From an uncultured Candidatus Saccharibacteria bacterium (GTDB lineage: Bacteria; Patescibacteriota; Saccharimonadia; Saccharimonadales; JACDBH01), in contig CAYSJS010000002.1 of NCBI GenBank assembly GCA_964431415.1, forward strand, positions 3,055 to 67,054: a stretch of 64,000 nt of DNA. Direction: 5' to 3'. The first letter of the stretch is position 1. Each line of letters opens with the position of its first letter. Under the pieces are notes generated by a model, which saw only the letters and a list, made by a program, of their open reading frames with translations, searched no databases and was not told where the DNA came from. The position numbers and the translations under genes are program-made. Shown here piece after piece: positions 37,951 to 46,077 of the stretch.

Positions 37951-38922
37951 TTATTTTTTACTGATCACTTCATGTGCCGACAGAACTATATGTTTGGCAG
38001 TAAGGCCAAAATGTTCCAGTAGGTCTTCTGGCGTACCCGATTCGCCAAAATGATCTTTCATACCCATGCGCACCATCGGCACCGGAAACTCCTCTGCAAG
38101 AATTTCTGCAACCGCTCCACCCAAACCGCCGTTTATCTGGGCCTCTTCTACCGTAACAACTGCTTTGGTTTTTTTAACACTTTTTATTATTGTTTCGCGG
38201 TCGAGTGGCTTAATGGTAGCAACATGCACTACCTCGGCGTCAATTCCGTCCTTAAATAATTTCTGAGCGGCCAGCAGTGCCTGGTATGTCATTGCACCGG
38301 TTGCGATGATGGTTAGGTCGGTGCCTTCTTCAAACACCAATGCCTTACCGATTTCAAAGGGAGTATCGGCAGTCGTAAACACCGGTGTCGCCTCCCTGGC
38401 GAGCCGCATGTAGTTCGGGCGCTTATCTTGAGCCATGGCGAGCGTCATTTTTTCGGCTTCAACGCTGTCGCATGGCGCAAGCACAACCATATTGGGCAGT
38501 ACCCGCATCAGCGCGATATCCTCAAGCATCTGGTGGGTCGCGCCGTCCGGACCCGTATATAGCCCGGCATGTGAGCCGATAATCTTAACCGGCTGGTCAT
38601 TCAGGCAGATTGTGGTTCTTATTTGCTCCCAGTTACGGCCAGGACTAAATGCCGCATAACTGCTCACAAAAGGTATTTTGCCCATTGCAGCCAAGCCTGC
38701 CCCTACAGTAACCAAGTTTTGCTCGGCAATACCTATTTGGATGAATCTGTCCGGAAAGGCGTCACGGAATAAACTGATTTGCGTTGAGTCGGTAAGGTCT
38801 GCGCAGGCGGCCACCACATTTTTGTTATTTTCACCCGCCGTCTTTAAACCTCTTCCGAAGCCTTTACGAATCGGCTCTAGATTAAGTTTGGTCGTAATAT
38901 CGGCAATATGATTCGCTCTCAT
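37951..38922 (-). CDS. tkt: Transketolase, C-terminal (pyrimidine-binding) subunit
   Basis: 323 aa with FIQIGIAEQNLVTVGAGLA and GPDGATHQMLEDIA. The start overlaps the upstream subunit's stop (TAATG). Confidence 0.9.
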   Translation of the reverse strand: MRANHIADITTKLNLEPIRKGFGRGLKTAGENNKNVVAACADLTDSTQISLFRDAFPDRFIQIGIAEQNLVTVGAGLAAMGKIPFVSSYAAFSPGRNWEQIRTTICLNDQPVKIIGSHAGLYTGPDGATHQMLEDIALMRVLPNMVVLAPCDSVEAEKMTLAMAQDKRPNYMRLAREATPVFTTADTPFEIGKALVFEEGTDLTIIATGAMTYQALLAAQKLFKDGIDAEVVHVATIKPLDRETIIKSVKKTKAVVTVEEAQINGGLGGAVAEILAEEFPVPMVRMGMKDHFGESGTPEDLLEHFGLTAKHIVLSAHEVISKK

Positions 38923-39773
38923 TATTCGTGCTCCGATTTTATTTTGCCCCGTAGCGTCCGTATCTCGTGCAAAGCTTTAATCGCCTGTTCGTGGTTAGGC
39001 GGTACGCCGTGCCATTTAAAGTCATACTCCATAAAATCTACGCCCTTGCCCGGCACCGTATGGGCAATAATCATCACTGGCTTCTCCACCACAGCTCGTG
39101 CCATAGCGCAGGCATCAATTACCGCATCAATATTATTACCGTCTATTTCTATGACATGCCAGCCAAAGGCTTCCCACTTGTCGCGCAGGTCCTCAAGCGG
39201 CATAACCGACTCGGTTGGTCCGTCAATCTGGATGTTATTTCGGTCTATGATACCGACAATGTTGCTTAGGTGGTACTTTCCGGCCAGCATTGCCGCCTCC
39301 CAAATATTGCCCTCGTCGAGCTCGCCGTCACCCATTACCACATAAATCCAGCGATGCATGGTAGCGTCCATACGCATCGCGAGAGCCATGCCGCATGCCT
39401 GGCTTAGACCACAGCCTAAGGGTCCGCTGGTAGATTCGAGTCCGGGCAGGCGCGTCCGCTCCGGATGTCCTTGTAAGCGCGAACCAAACTTCCGAAGGGT
39501 AAGGAGCTCTTTGCGGTCAAAATACCCGGCATGAGCCATAGCCGCATACCGCACCGGGACACAATGTCCATTGCTGAGCAGCAGCATGTCCCGCTTTTCC
39601 CAATCCGGATTTTTTGGGTCATGCTGCATGACTTCAAAATAGAGTGCCGTAAAAATATCGGCTAGGCCAAGTGGTCCCGCCGAATGTCCCGAACCGGCAT
39701 GCTCAAGCATCGTAATGATGTCTTTTCGAATGTCGGCGGCTTTTAGTTCAAGTTCTTCCGTCGTATAGCTCAT
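38922..39773 (-). CDS. tkt: Transketolase, N-terminal (TPP-binding) subunit
   Basis: 283 aa with GSGHSAGPLGLADIF, GHCVP and the TPP motif GDGELDEGNIWEA. Confidence 0.9.
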   Translation of the reverse strand: MSYTTEELELKAADIRKDIITMLEHAGSGHSAGPLGLADIFTALYFEVMQHDPKNPDWEKRDMLLLSNGHCVPVRYAAMAHAGYFDRKELLTLRKFGSRLQGHPERTRLPGLESTSGPLGCGLSQACGMALAMRMDATMHRWIYVVMGDGELDEGNIWEAAMLAGKYHLSNIVGIIDRNNIQIDGPTESVMPLEDLRDKWEAFGWHVIEIDGNNIDAVIDACAMARAVVEKPVMIIAHTVPGKGVDFMEYDFKWHGVPPNHEQAIKALHEIRTLRGKIKSEHE

Positions 39774-39777
39774 ATAC

Positions 39778-40422
39778 TTATTTGTCCGCTCCCTCTGCGT
39801 TAACTATTGCCTCAAGTGTACCATAAGCATCTTCCGGATTCTGTGCGCGCTGAATAAAGCCGCCTGTGTTTAAAACATCCACACCCGCCCGGAGCAGCTC
39901 CCTCGCGTTATCTGCGTTAATGCCGCCGTCCCAGCCGATTTCGATCCCTGGCTTAAGCCGTTTCAGCTCACGCACTTTATCAAGCATTGCAAGATCAACC
40001 GTGCCGCCAAAATGTCCGAGATCACCACTAAATACCAATACATGGTCTAGTTCTGGCAGCATGTTCTGTATGTCACTCACTTTCGTGGGCTGCAAAATTG
40101 CCAAACCTTTTTTGATGCTTAGATCATGTATTTCTTTAAAGAAATCAAGCACCCCTTCGGACTCCGCGTGCAGTATGATCATATGCGGCTGCAGAATAAT
40201 ACAGTGTTCAAGCTCCAGAAGCGGCTTTTGATGCATGACATGCAGATCAACGACCGGTCCAGGCTGCCACCACGCTTCGGCTATAGAAACCGACTTTGTC
40301 GGTGCAAAAATTCCGTCCATAAAATCCAGATGTATTCTTTGAGCAAATGACTGAACTCGTTCTAACTGCGCCCGGTATTCCGCGCGCGTTGTAGCAGTAA
40401 CGGTAGGACATACAACGCTCAC
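39778..40422 (-). CDS. rpe: Ribulose-phosphate 3-epimerase
   Basis: 214 aa with HLDFMDG, a HVM... pattern and WDGGINADN. Confidence 0.85.
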   Translation of the reverse strand: MSVVCPTVTATTRAEYRAQLERVQSFAQRIHLDFMDGIFAPTKSVSIAEAWWQPGPVVDLHVMHQKPLLELEHCIILQPHMIILHAESEGVLDFFKEIHDLSIKKGLAILQPTKVSDIQNMLPELDHVLVFSGDLGHFGGTVDLAMLDKVRELKRLKPGIEIGWDGGINADNARELLRAGVDVLNTGGFIQRAQNPEDAYGTLEAIVNAEGADK

Positions 40423-40904
40423 GCAGGCCTCTTTCTTCGCGCTACGAGACCGCTCACTATCATCGCAACCACCTGCATAACACAGCTTAAACCAACCACC
40501 ACCAGAACGACCGTCCGCAGATCGCCGTAAGAAGAAAAGACACCCGTGCTTGGTCCCTCGTACTTCGGAAATAAGCGCGTCAGAATAAACACCTCGGGTA
40601 TAAGACAGGTTAGTAGCACCGCCTTAGCGACCATCGGACGCCTTTCTGGACGCGTAGCAGCAAGCAGCCATACTAACAGCCCTGCACGAACAGCATAGGT
40701 AACAAAAATCCAAGAGAATACCACCATATTAAACGTACCCTCACCGGTCATCGTGAGAGCACTGCCCCGAGTGGCGATTTGACTTTGTATGTCATAGAGC
40801 TGATCTTGACGAACTGCATTTGTTATCAAATAGGCGACTGTCGGCACATACACCGCGAGTAGTCCGATACCGAGACGCTCCTTTTGGGTAAAAGGCATGC
40901 TCAT
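40419..40904 (-). CDS. Integral membrane protein (161 aa, ~4-5 TM) embedded between rpiB and rpe
   Basis: It has several hydrophobic spans and 4-nt overlaps with both neighbours (40419-40422 and 40901-40904). No family recognised. Confidence 0.55.
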   Translation of the reverse strand: MSMPFTQKERLGIGLLAVYVPTVAYLITNAVRQDQLYDIQSQIATRGSALTMTGEGTFNMVVFSWIFVTYAVRAGLLVWLLAATRPERRPMVAKAVLLTCLIPEVFILTRLFPKYEGPSTGVFSSYGDLRTVVLVVVGLSCVMQVVAMIVSGLVARRKRPA

Positions 40905-41344
40905 ATCTCGTCCATCTCTTGTACCCGCCGCTTAAAGCGCACCGGCGTTCCAAATGGCGTCCCTAGAAAAGCGTCTATAATCTCAAACGCATCATCACTA
41001 TCTAGGGTACGTGCCGGCAGACACAGTACATTCGCATCGTCATCGTTTCGTGCTGAAACGATGGTGTCTTTATTATATCCAAGAGCTGCGCGAATGCCGC
41101 GGTAACGGTTTGCCGCCATGCACATGCCTTGTCCACTGCCGCAAAGCAAAATACCGCGTGGTTCAGGGTCGGCCGAGCCAAGCATGTCAAGCGCTACTTT
41201 TTTAGCGAATACCGGGTAATCATCATCAGGGTTTAACGGGCCGCTGCTGTCATCTGCCACATCGTAGCCATTTTTTTTAAGATATTCTACAATTTTAGAC
41301 TTAAGAGCGTACCCGTTGTGGTCTGTTCCGATATACACTTTCAT
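40901..41344 (-). CDS. rpiB: Ribose-5-phosphate isomerase B
   Basis: 147 aa with MKVYIGTDHNGYALK and ILLCGSGQGMCMAANR (RpiB/LacA family). Confidence 0.9.
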   Translation of the reverse strand: MKVYIGTDHNGYALKSKIVEYLKKNGYDVADDSSGPLNPDDDYPVFAKKVALDMLGSADPEPRGILLCGSGQGMCMAANRYRGIRAALGYNKDTIVSARNDDDANVLCLPARTLDSDDAFEIIDAFLGTPFGTPVRFKRRVQEMDEI

Positions 41345-41350
41345 AAAGCG

Positions 41351-42382
41351 CTATTTGCTTTCTGATTTCTTTGCATGCAGTAGCCGGCCAGTATCGGCTA
41401 CTACTTCAACCAGTCGGTTACTATAACCCCATTCGTTGTCGTACCAGGCAACCACCTTAAGCATATTGCCATCAATAACAGCCGTGAGTTTCAGATCAAC
41501 AATTGCCGAATGACTATTGCCGATAAAATCTCTGCTTACCAATTCTTCTTCAGTTACATCAAGTATGCCCTCATAATACGGAGTCTTGGCGGCGGTTTTA
41601 AATGCCTCGTTTACTTCCTCAACCGTAACCGGCCGCTTGGTAACGATGACGAAGTCGCTCATCGACACAACAGGCGTGGGCACACGCACACTGAGCCCAC
41701 CAAAGATTCCCTTCAGTGCAGGCAATGCCTGTGCGGCCGCTATTGATGCACCTGTTGTAGTAGGGACGATGTTTTCGGCAGCGTTTCGGCCTTCGCGCAG
41801 GTCTTTGCTTGGTGCGTCTTGTAGCACCTGGCTCGCCGTATAGCTATGTACCGTCGTCATCATTGCCTTCTCGATACCAAAGTTGCTCTCTATAACGGCA
41901 GCAACTGGTGTAATACAGTTGGTCGTGCAGGATGCGTTACTAATAATGTCGCTAGCGCTTTCAAGGTCATCCTCATTTACCCCCAGTACGATTGTCGTTG
42001 CACCTTCGCCTTTTGCCGGAGCGCTTAGAACTACCTTCTTGGCACCCGCATCGATGTGCGCCTTGGCTTTTGCAGGGTCCACAAAGAAACCGGTCGACTC
42101 TATAACGACGTCAATATCATTTTCTTCCCATGGCAACAGCGCCGGGTCGCGTTCGGCTAAAACTTTTATTTTTTGCCCCTTTACGACGATATGATGCTCA
42201 TCGTAGCTAACTTCGTGCTCATAGGTTCCGTAGTTACTGTCGTGCTTTAAAAGATTGGCTAGCGTTTTCGTGTCGGTCAAGTCATTAATCGCTACAATTT
42301 CGATGTCACTGCGCTCAAACGCAACTTTAAAAGCATTCCGGCCAATGCGACCGAATCCATTAATGGCTATTTTTGTCTTCAC
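41351..42382 (-). CDS. gap: Type I glyceraldehyde-3-phosphate dehydrogenase
   Basis: KIAINGFGRIGR and the active site SNASCTTNC. The track ORF extends to ATG 42448, but GTG at 42382 is preceded by AAGGGGGA at 7-nt spacing and gives the canonical N-terminus. Confidence 0.93.
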   Translation of the reverse strand: MKTKIAINGFGRIGRNAFKVAFERSDIEIVAINDLTDTKTLANLLKHDSNYGTYEHEVSYDEHHIVVKGQKIKVLAERDPALLPWEENDIDVVIESTGFFVDPAKAKAHIDAGAKKVVLSAPAKGEGATTIVLGVNEDDLESASDIISNASCTTNCITPVAAVIESNFGIEKAMMTTVHSYTASQVLQDAPSKDLREGRNAAENIVPTTTGASIAAAQALPALKGIFGGLSVRVPTPVVSMSDFVIVTKRPVTVEEVNEAFKTAAKTPYYEGILDVTEEELVSRDFIGNSHSAIVDLKLTAVIDGNMLKVVAWYDNEWGYSNRLVEVVADTGRLLHAKKSESK

Positions 42383-42451
42383 ACGCGCATCCCCCTTACT
42401 TGTCCTGATAGAGGTATTGTATATGCTTATGCTAGACGAGACAAGCAATAA

Positions 42452-43225
42452 TTAGTTACTCGCAAGGTGTGAAAGCACGAACTCCACGACAGGTTGTGTG
42501 CCAACGAGAACATCACTGGTGCGTTCATAGTCATAGTCACTTCCATCACTATGTACCGCGACGCCGCCCGCTTCAGTAGCTAGCAGTACCCCGGGTGCGT
42601 AGTCCCATGGTCCACCCTTGCCAGAGAATACAACCCTACCTTCTATACTACCTTGACCGATCATAGTTGAAGTGAAAGCCGAACAATTAAAGCGCGTTGG
42701 TGTTTTAATACTCTGCGCTAGCTTCAAAAACAGATCAAGTTCTGTTGGTTTTTTGAAGTCGACACTAACTTCTACCATAGACCGATCTAAAGGGCGTTCA
42801 CTGACGCGTAGCTGCTTGTCATTTTTCCATGCACCACCACCTTTTACTGCCCAATATATATCCCCGGTTACGAAATTATATATAACCGATACTAATAGCT
42901 GTTTGCCATCTACAAGCGTTATCATATTCCCACAGAATGGTATGCCGCGAATAAACTGCTCGGTCCCATCAACTGGATCAATCAGCCAACGCTTTTGAGT
43001 ATTTCCAATTGCGCCATTCTCCTCGCCTAGAAAGCCGATGCTTCTGTCGAAACGCAGAAGTCCTTCTTGAATCTCAGATTCTGCCCAGCCATCAAGATAA
43101 GTAACCACGGATTTATCTTGTTTCATTGTGCCCGCAACATCCCCGTAAGATTCCAGCAATTCTGGCCCTATACCTCTTAGGATCGAGACGACCGCGTCCT
43201 TAGCTTGCAGTAGTTCTTGTTGCAT
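42452..43225 (-). CDS. Inositol monophosphatase family protein (possible IMPase/fructose-1,6-bisphosphatase)
   Basis: 257 aa with FLGEENG and WLIDPVDGTEQFIRGIP metal-binding motifs. An FBPase role is inferred only from its position next to gap/fba. Confidence 0.78.
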   Translation of the reverse strand: MQQELLQAKDAVVSILRGIGPELLESYGDVAGTMKQDKSVVTYLDGWAESEIQEGLLRFDRSIGFLGEENGAIGNTQKRWLIDPVDGTEQFIRGIPFCGNMITLVDGKQLLVSVIYNFVTGDIYWAVKGGGAWKNDKQLRVSERPLDRSMVEVSVDFKKPTELDLFLKLAQSIKTPTRFNCSAFTSTMIGQGSIEGRVVFSGKGGPWDYAPGVLLATEAGGVAVHSDGSDYDYERTSDVLVGTQPVVEFVLSHLASN

Positions 43226-43226
43226 A

Positions 43227-43757
43227 CTACTGTTCAGACCAGCGCTTCTGACAGTCTTTTATTACGGCAAGTGCATCCTCGACACCACCAAACCCAAGCA
43301 CTTTCGTTGAGCCTGGCTTTTTTAGGTCCTTGTAATGTGTAAAGTGATGCTCGATCTTTTGCTTCCAGCGGTCGCCCAAATCTTCCAGCGAAGTAATTTT
43401 GTTGCCGTCATCACGGTTGTCTTCTGGTACACAAATAACCTTGTGATCCATTTCGCCATCATCTTCAAAGTTAAGCATACCAATAATCCGCGCTTTAAGA
43501 TGCAGCCCCATGGGCAGTTTTTCAGGCGACACGACCAAGGCGTCAAGCTCATCGCCATCTTCGTCTAATGTAGCCGGAATAAAACCGTAGTTGCATGGCT
43601 TAGCAAAAATTGCCGGCTCTACACGATCAAGCTCAAAGGTATGGAGATCGCGTCGATATTCGATCTTTAGAATTGACCCTTCACTGATCTCGATAACAAC
43701 ATTAATTACGTTATCGTCAGCAAAAGTGGGTAGTACTGTATTAAAATCAACACTCAC
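43227..43757 (-). CDS. ppa: Inorganic pyrophosphatase (family I)
   Basis: 176 aa with VVIEISEGS..KIEY, NYGFIPATLDEDGDELDALVV and DHKVICV. The SD AAGGAGA lies upstream. Confidence 0.92.
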   Translation of the reverse strand: MSVDFNTVLPTFADDNVINVVIEISEGSILKIEYRRDLHTFELDRVEPAIFAKPCNYGFIPATLDEDGDELDALVVSPEKLPMGLHLKARIIGMLNFEDDGEMDHKVICVPEDNRDDGNKITSLEDLGDRWKQKIEHHFTHYKDLKKPGSTKVLGFGGVEDALAVIKDCQKRWSEQ

Positions 43758-43803
43758 GTTTTATCTCCTTGTTTTGTCATGACTTATTGTACACTAAGAA
43801 GTA

Positions 43804-44442
43804 ATGAAAATCATTGGCCACCGCGGTGCGCTTGCACTTGCGGAAGAAAATACGCTGCTTAGTTTTAAAGCCGCCCTGCATGAAGGCGTAGACGCCATCG
43901 AGCTTGATGTTCGTTCATCATCGGACGGCGTCCTTGTGGTTCACCACGATCCGAGCATAAACAATCTGACCATTTCAAAGGTCCCGTACCACAACTTAAA
44001 AGCATCTCAGCCTAATCTCCTCACGCTCAAAGAGGCCTTAGACTATCTGCGTACCCGCTGCCCGCTGATTATAGAGATCAAAAAAGATACTAATCTAAAA
44101 GTACTCACTACTGAGTTCAAAAAACTAAAGCTGCCAGCAAAAGGTATGATTATCTCTTCCTTCCATATGCCCATTCTACTTGCTCTACGGCAGGCCTTTC
44201 CCGATGCAGCACTTGCCGTAAACGAAAAATGGTCGGGGGTGCGCGCAAGCCGCCGCGCACGACGATTACACACAAAATACATCACCATGAACCAGCGCTG
44301 GCTCTGGAGCGGTTTTGTGAAGGCAGTGAGCAAGAAGGGCTACAAATTAAGCGCATATCCGCTCAATGATCCGGCCAAGGCATACCGCTGGAAAAAACAT
44401 GGCCTTTATGGAGTGATCACCGACTCGCCGGATCGCTTCTAA
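43804..44442 (+). CDS. Glycerophosphodiester phosphodiesterase (GDPD family)
   Basis: 212 aa. IGHRGALALAEENTLLSFKAALHEGVDAIELDVRSSSDGVLVVHHD is a GDPD signature. Confidence 0.85.
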   Translation: MKIIGHRGALALAEENTLLSFKAALHEGVDAIELDVRSSSDGVLVVHHDPSINNLTISKVPYHNLKASQPNLLTLKEALDYLRTRCPLIIEIKKDTNLKVLTTEFKKLKLPAKGMIISSFHMPILLALRQAFPDAALAVNEKWSGVRASRRARRLHTKYITMNQRWLWSGFVKAVSKKGYKLSAYPLNDPAKAYRWKKHGLYGVITDSPDRF

Positions 44443-44475
44443 AATCCTTGTAGGATTACGCCTCTTAAAAGAACC

Positions 44476-45441
44476 TTACTCTATAATTTGTTTCCGGCCC
44501 TCAAGGTATTCTCGTATTTTAAGCGCGGCGGTTGCGCCCTCACCCACAGCAGTTGCGATCTGCATGGTTGCGCCGCTGCGGCAGTCGCCAGCTACAAACA
44601 CTCCCGGGACGGATGTTTCGAGATCCTCATTACTTTTTACCAACCCTATCTCGTCCAGCTCAACCGCTCCGCCACTGAGGAAGGTTGTATTGGGCTGTAG
44701 CCCGACGAATACGAACACGCCGTCGGTTTCTATGGTTACTTTTTCGCCGGTTGTCTTGTCCGTGCCGATTACTTTAGTAACTTTTTCCATGCCGCCATCA
44801 GCCGCCTCGCCAATAATTTCATCGGTTGTCGTCTGTTTATGTACAGTTATTTTATCTTGATACTTTTCTTCAAGTTCGCGTACGAGCACGTCTGATGCGC
44901 GAAAATCCGAACGCACAAGCATATCGATATGGGACGCAAAACGGGTTAAGAACATGGCCTCCTGTACGGCCGAGTTGCCGCCTCCTACCACAACCAGTCG
45001 TTTGTCACGGTAAAATGCTCCATCACAGGTAGCACAGTAGTGTACGCCGCGCGCATAGTAGGTATCCTCGCCAGGCACGCCAATCTTTTTATAACCGCTG
45101 CCGGTAGCAATCAGCACCGCCTTTGCTCTTACGTCGCCGTCGGTCGTGTTGAGCGTAATGACATCGCCGTCTTTTGTAATACTCAATACCTCTCCCAGCT
45201 CAATCACCGCTCCAAAACGCTCTGCTTGCTTCCGCATATTATCACCCAGCGTTAGGCCTTCTATGCCATCCGGGAAACCCGGGTAGTTATCTACCCAGTC
45301 GGTGGTTGATATCAATCCCCCGGGAACCGCCTTTTCATATAGTAGCGTTTCAACGTCTTCGCGGGTTGTGTATATAGCCGCACTCAGCGCCGCCGGTCCT
45401 GCGCCCACAATTACTAAGTCATGTAGTTGTATGTCTGCCAT
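44476..45441 (-). CDS. trxB: Thioredoxin-disulfide reductase
   Basis: 321 aa with VIVGAGPAALSAAIY, the redox centre CATCDG, and the NADPH motif VVVGGGNSAVQEA. Confidence 0.93.
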   Translation of the reverse strand: MADIQLHDLVIVGAGPAALSAAIYTTREDVETLLYEKAVPGGLISTTDWVDNYPGFPDGIEGLTLGDNMRKQAERFGAVIELGEVLSITKDGDVITLNTTDGDVRAKAVLIATGSGYKKIGVPGEDTYYARGVHYCATCDGAFYRDKRLVVVGGGNSAVQEAMFLTRFASHIDMLVRSDFRASDVLVRELEEKYQDKITVHKQTTTDEIIGEAADGGMEKVTKVIGTDKTTGEKVTIETDGVFVFVGLQPNTTFLSGGAVELDEIGLVKSNEDLETSVPGVFVAGDCRSGATMQIATAVGEGATAALKIREYLEGRKQIIE

Positions 45442-45444
45442 TTT

Positions 45445-45654
45445 TTAACTTACTCCAAAGTATAAAATATCAATCGTTATTAGTATCGCAGGGATGCACA
45501 GATACTTCCAGCGTATTTTTGGTTTTTGGGCATTAAAAAAATGCCTAAGCACCTCTAAAATAAATATAATGACACAGTATCCGGATACCAGCCGGGTGGC
45601 TCCAAAAAAGAGCACTTCTATATAGAAAGTATCCATTCCCCTTATTTCTTTCAA
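45445..45654 (-). CDS. Possible small membrane protein (63-69 aa) between the glutaredoxin-like gene and trxB
   Basis: The track ORF starts at TTG, with an internal ATG 6 codons later. It has two hydrophobic segments and lies in a visibly AT-rich stretch. It could instead be a non-coding spacer. Confidence 0.3.
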   Translation of the reverse strand: MKEIRGMDTFYIEVLFFGATRLVSGYCVIIFILEVLRHFFNAQKPKIRWKYLCIPAILITIDILYFGVS

Positions 45655-45899
45655 GCAAGCGCCGGAGCTAGCTTAGAAAGGTTAAAGCCGACAACTACTT
45701 CTTTTGAATCATCTTCTTTGGTCACCACGGTTACTGGTACGGTTAGAGCGCCGCTTACCGCTAGGGCTTCCGCCTGGCGATGCGGTTCTTGGTCGACATT
45801 CACTTCTTCGTAGGAATGACCTTTGGCCGACAACCATTTTTTCACCATAACGCAGTACGCACAGGTGTTTGTCGTATAAATAGTTATCTTTTTTGCCAT
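45651..45899 (-). CDS. Glutaredoxin/NrdH-like redoxin
   Basis: 82 aa. ITIYTTNTCAYCVMVKKWL carries a CxxC active site on a thioredoxin fold, and TVPVTVV is also present. Confidence 0.8.
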   Translation of the reverse strand: MAKKITIYTTNTCAYCVMVKKWLSAKGHSYEEVNVDQEPHRQAEALAVSGALTVPVTVVTKEDDSKEVVVGFNLSKLAPALA

Positions 45900-45933
45900 T
45901 GTCTTTTCCTTTTAGTATTAGTGGTATATACCC

Positions 45934-45961
45934 ATTATATAGTGCTTAAGGTAAGCGTCAA
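45934..45961 (-). promoter_or_regulatory. Sigma70-type promoter TTGACG-16-TATAAT for the glutaredoxin-trxB unit
   Basis: On the minus strand, TTGACG is at 45956-45961 and TATAAT at 45934-45939. A ~35-nt leader with AAAAGGAAAAG precedes the ATG at 45899. Confidence 0.6.
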
Positions 45962-45964
45962 TAC

Positions 45965-45984
45965 GCTATATGTTGTGCTATATG
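45965..45984 (-). promoter_or_regulatory. Direct repeat GCTATATG-N4-GCTATATG abutting the -35 of the redoxin promoter (candidate regulator site)
   Basis: Exact 8-nt repeats at 45965-45972 and 45977-45984, with a 12-bp period. They lie 3 nt upstream (minus-strand sense) of the -35 hexamer. Confidence 0.3.
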
Positions 45985-46077
45985 CACCACTTTTTGTCCC
46001 CCGAGCAGACTTTTAGTGTACGCCCATTTAGGCCGACGAATAAACTCTTGAAATGAGCAAACGATATGACGTAATGA

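Noticed and set aside
42383-42448. 22-codon N-terminal extension of the gap ORF (MLVSSSISIYNTSIRTSKGDAR)
   Set aside because: The extension has no counterpart in GAPDH. A strong SD (AAGGGGGA) precedes the GTG at 42382, which yields the canonical KIAINGFGRIGR N-terminus.
44443-44457. AATCCT-tgt-AGGATT hairpin between the convergent GDPD and trxB genes, as a bidirectional terminator
   Set aside because: It has only a 6-bp AU-rich stem, a 3-nt loop and weak flanking T/A runs.
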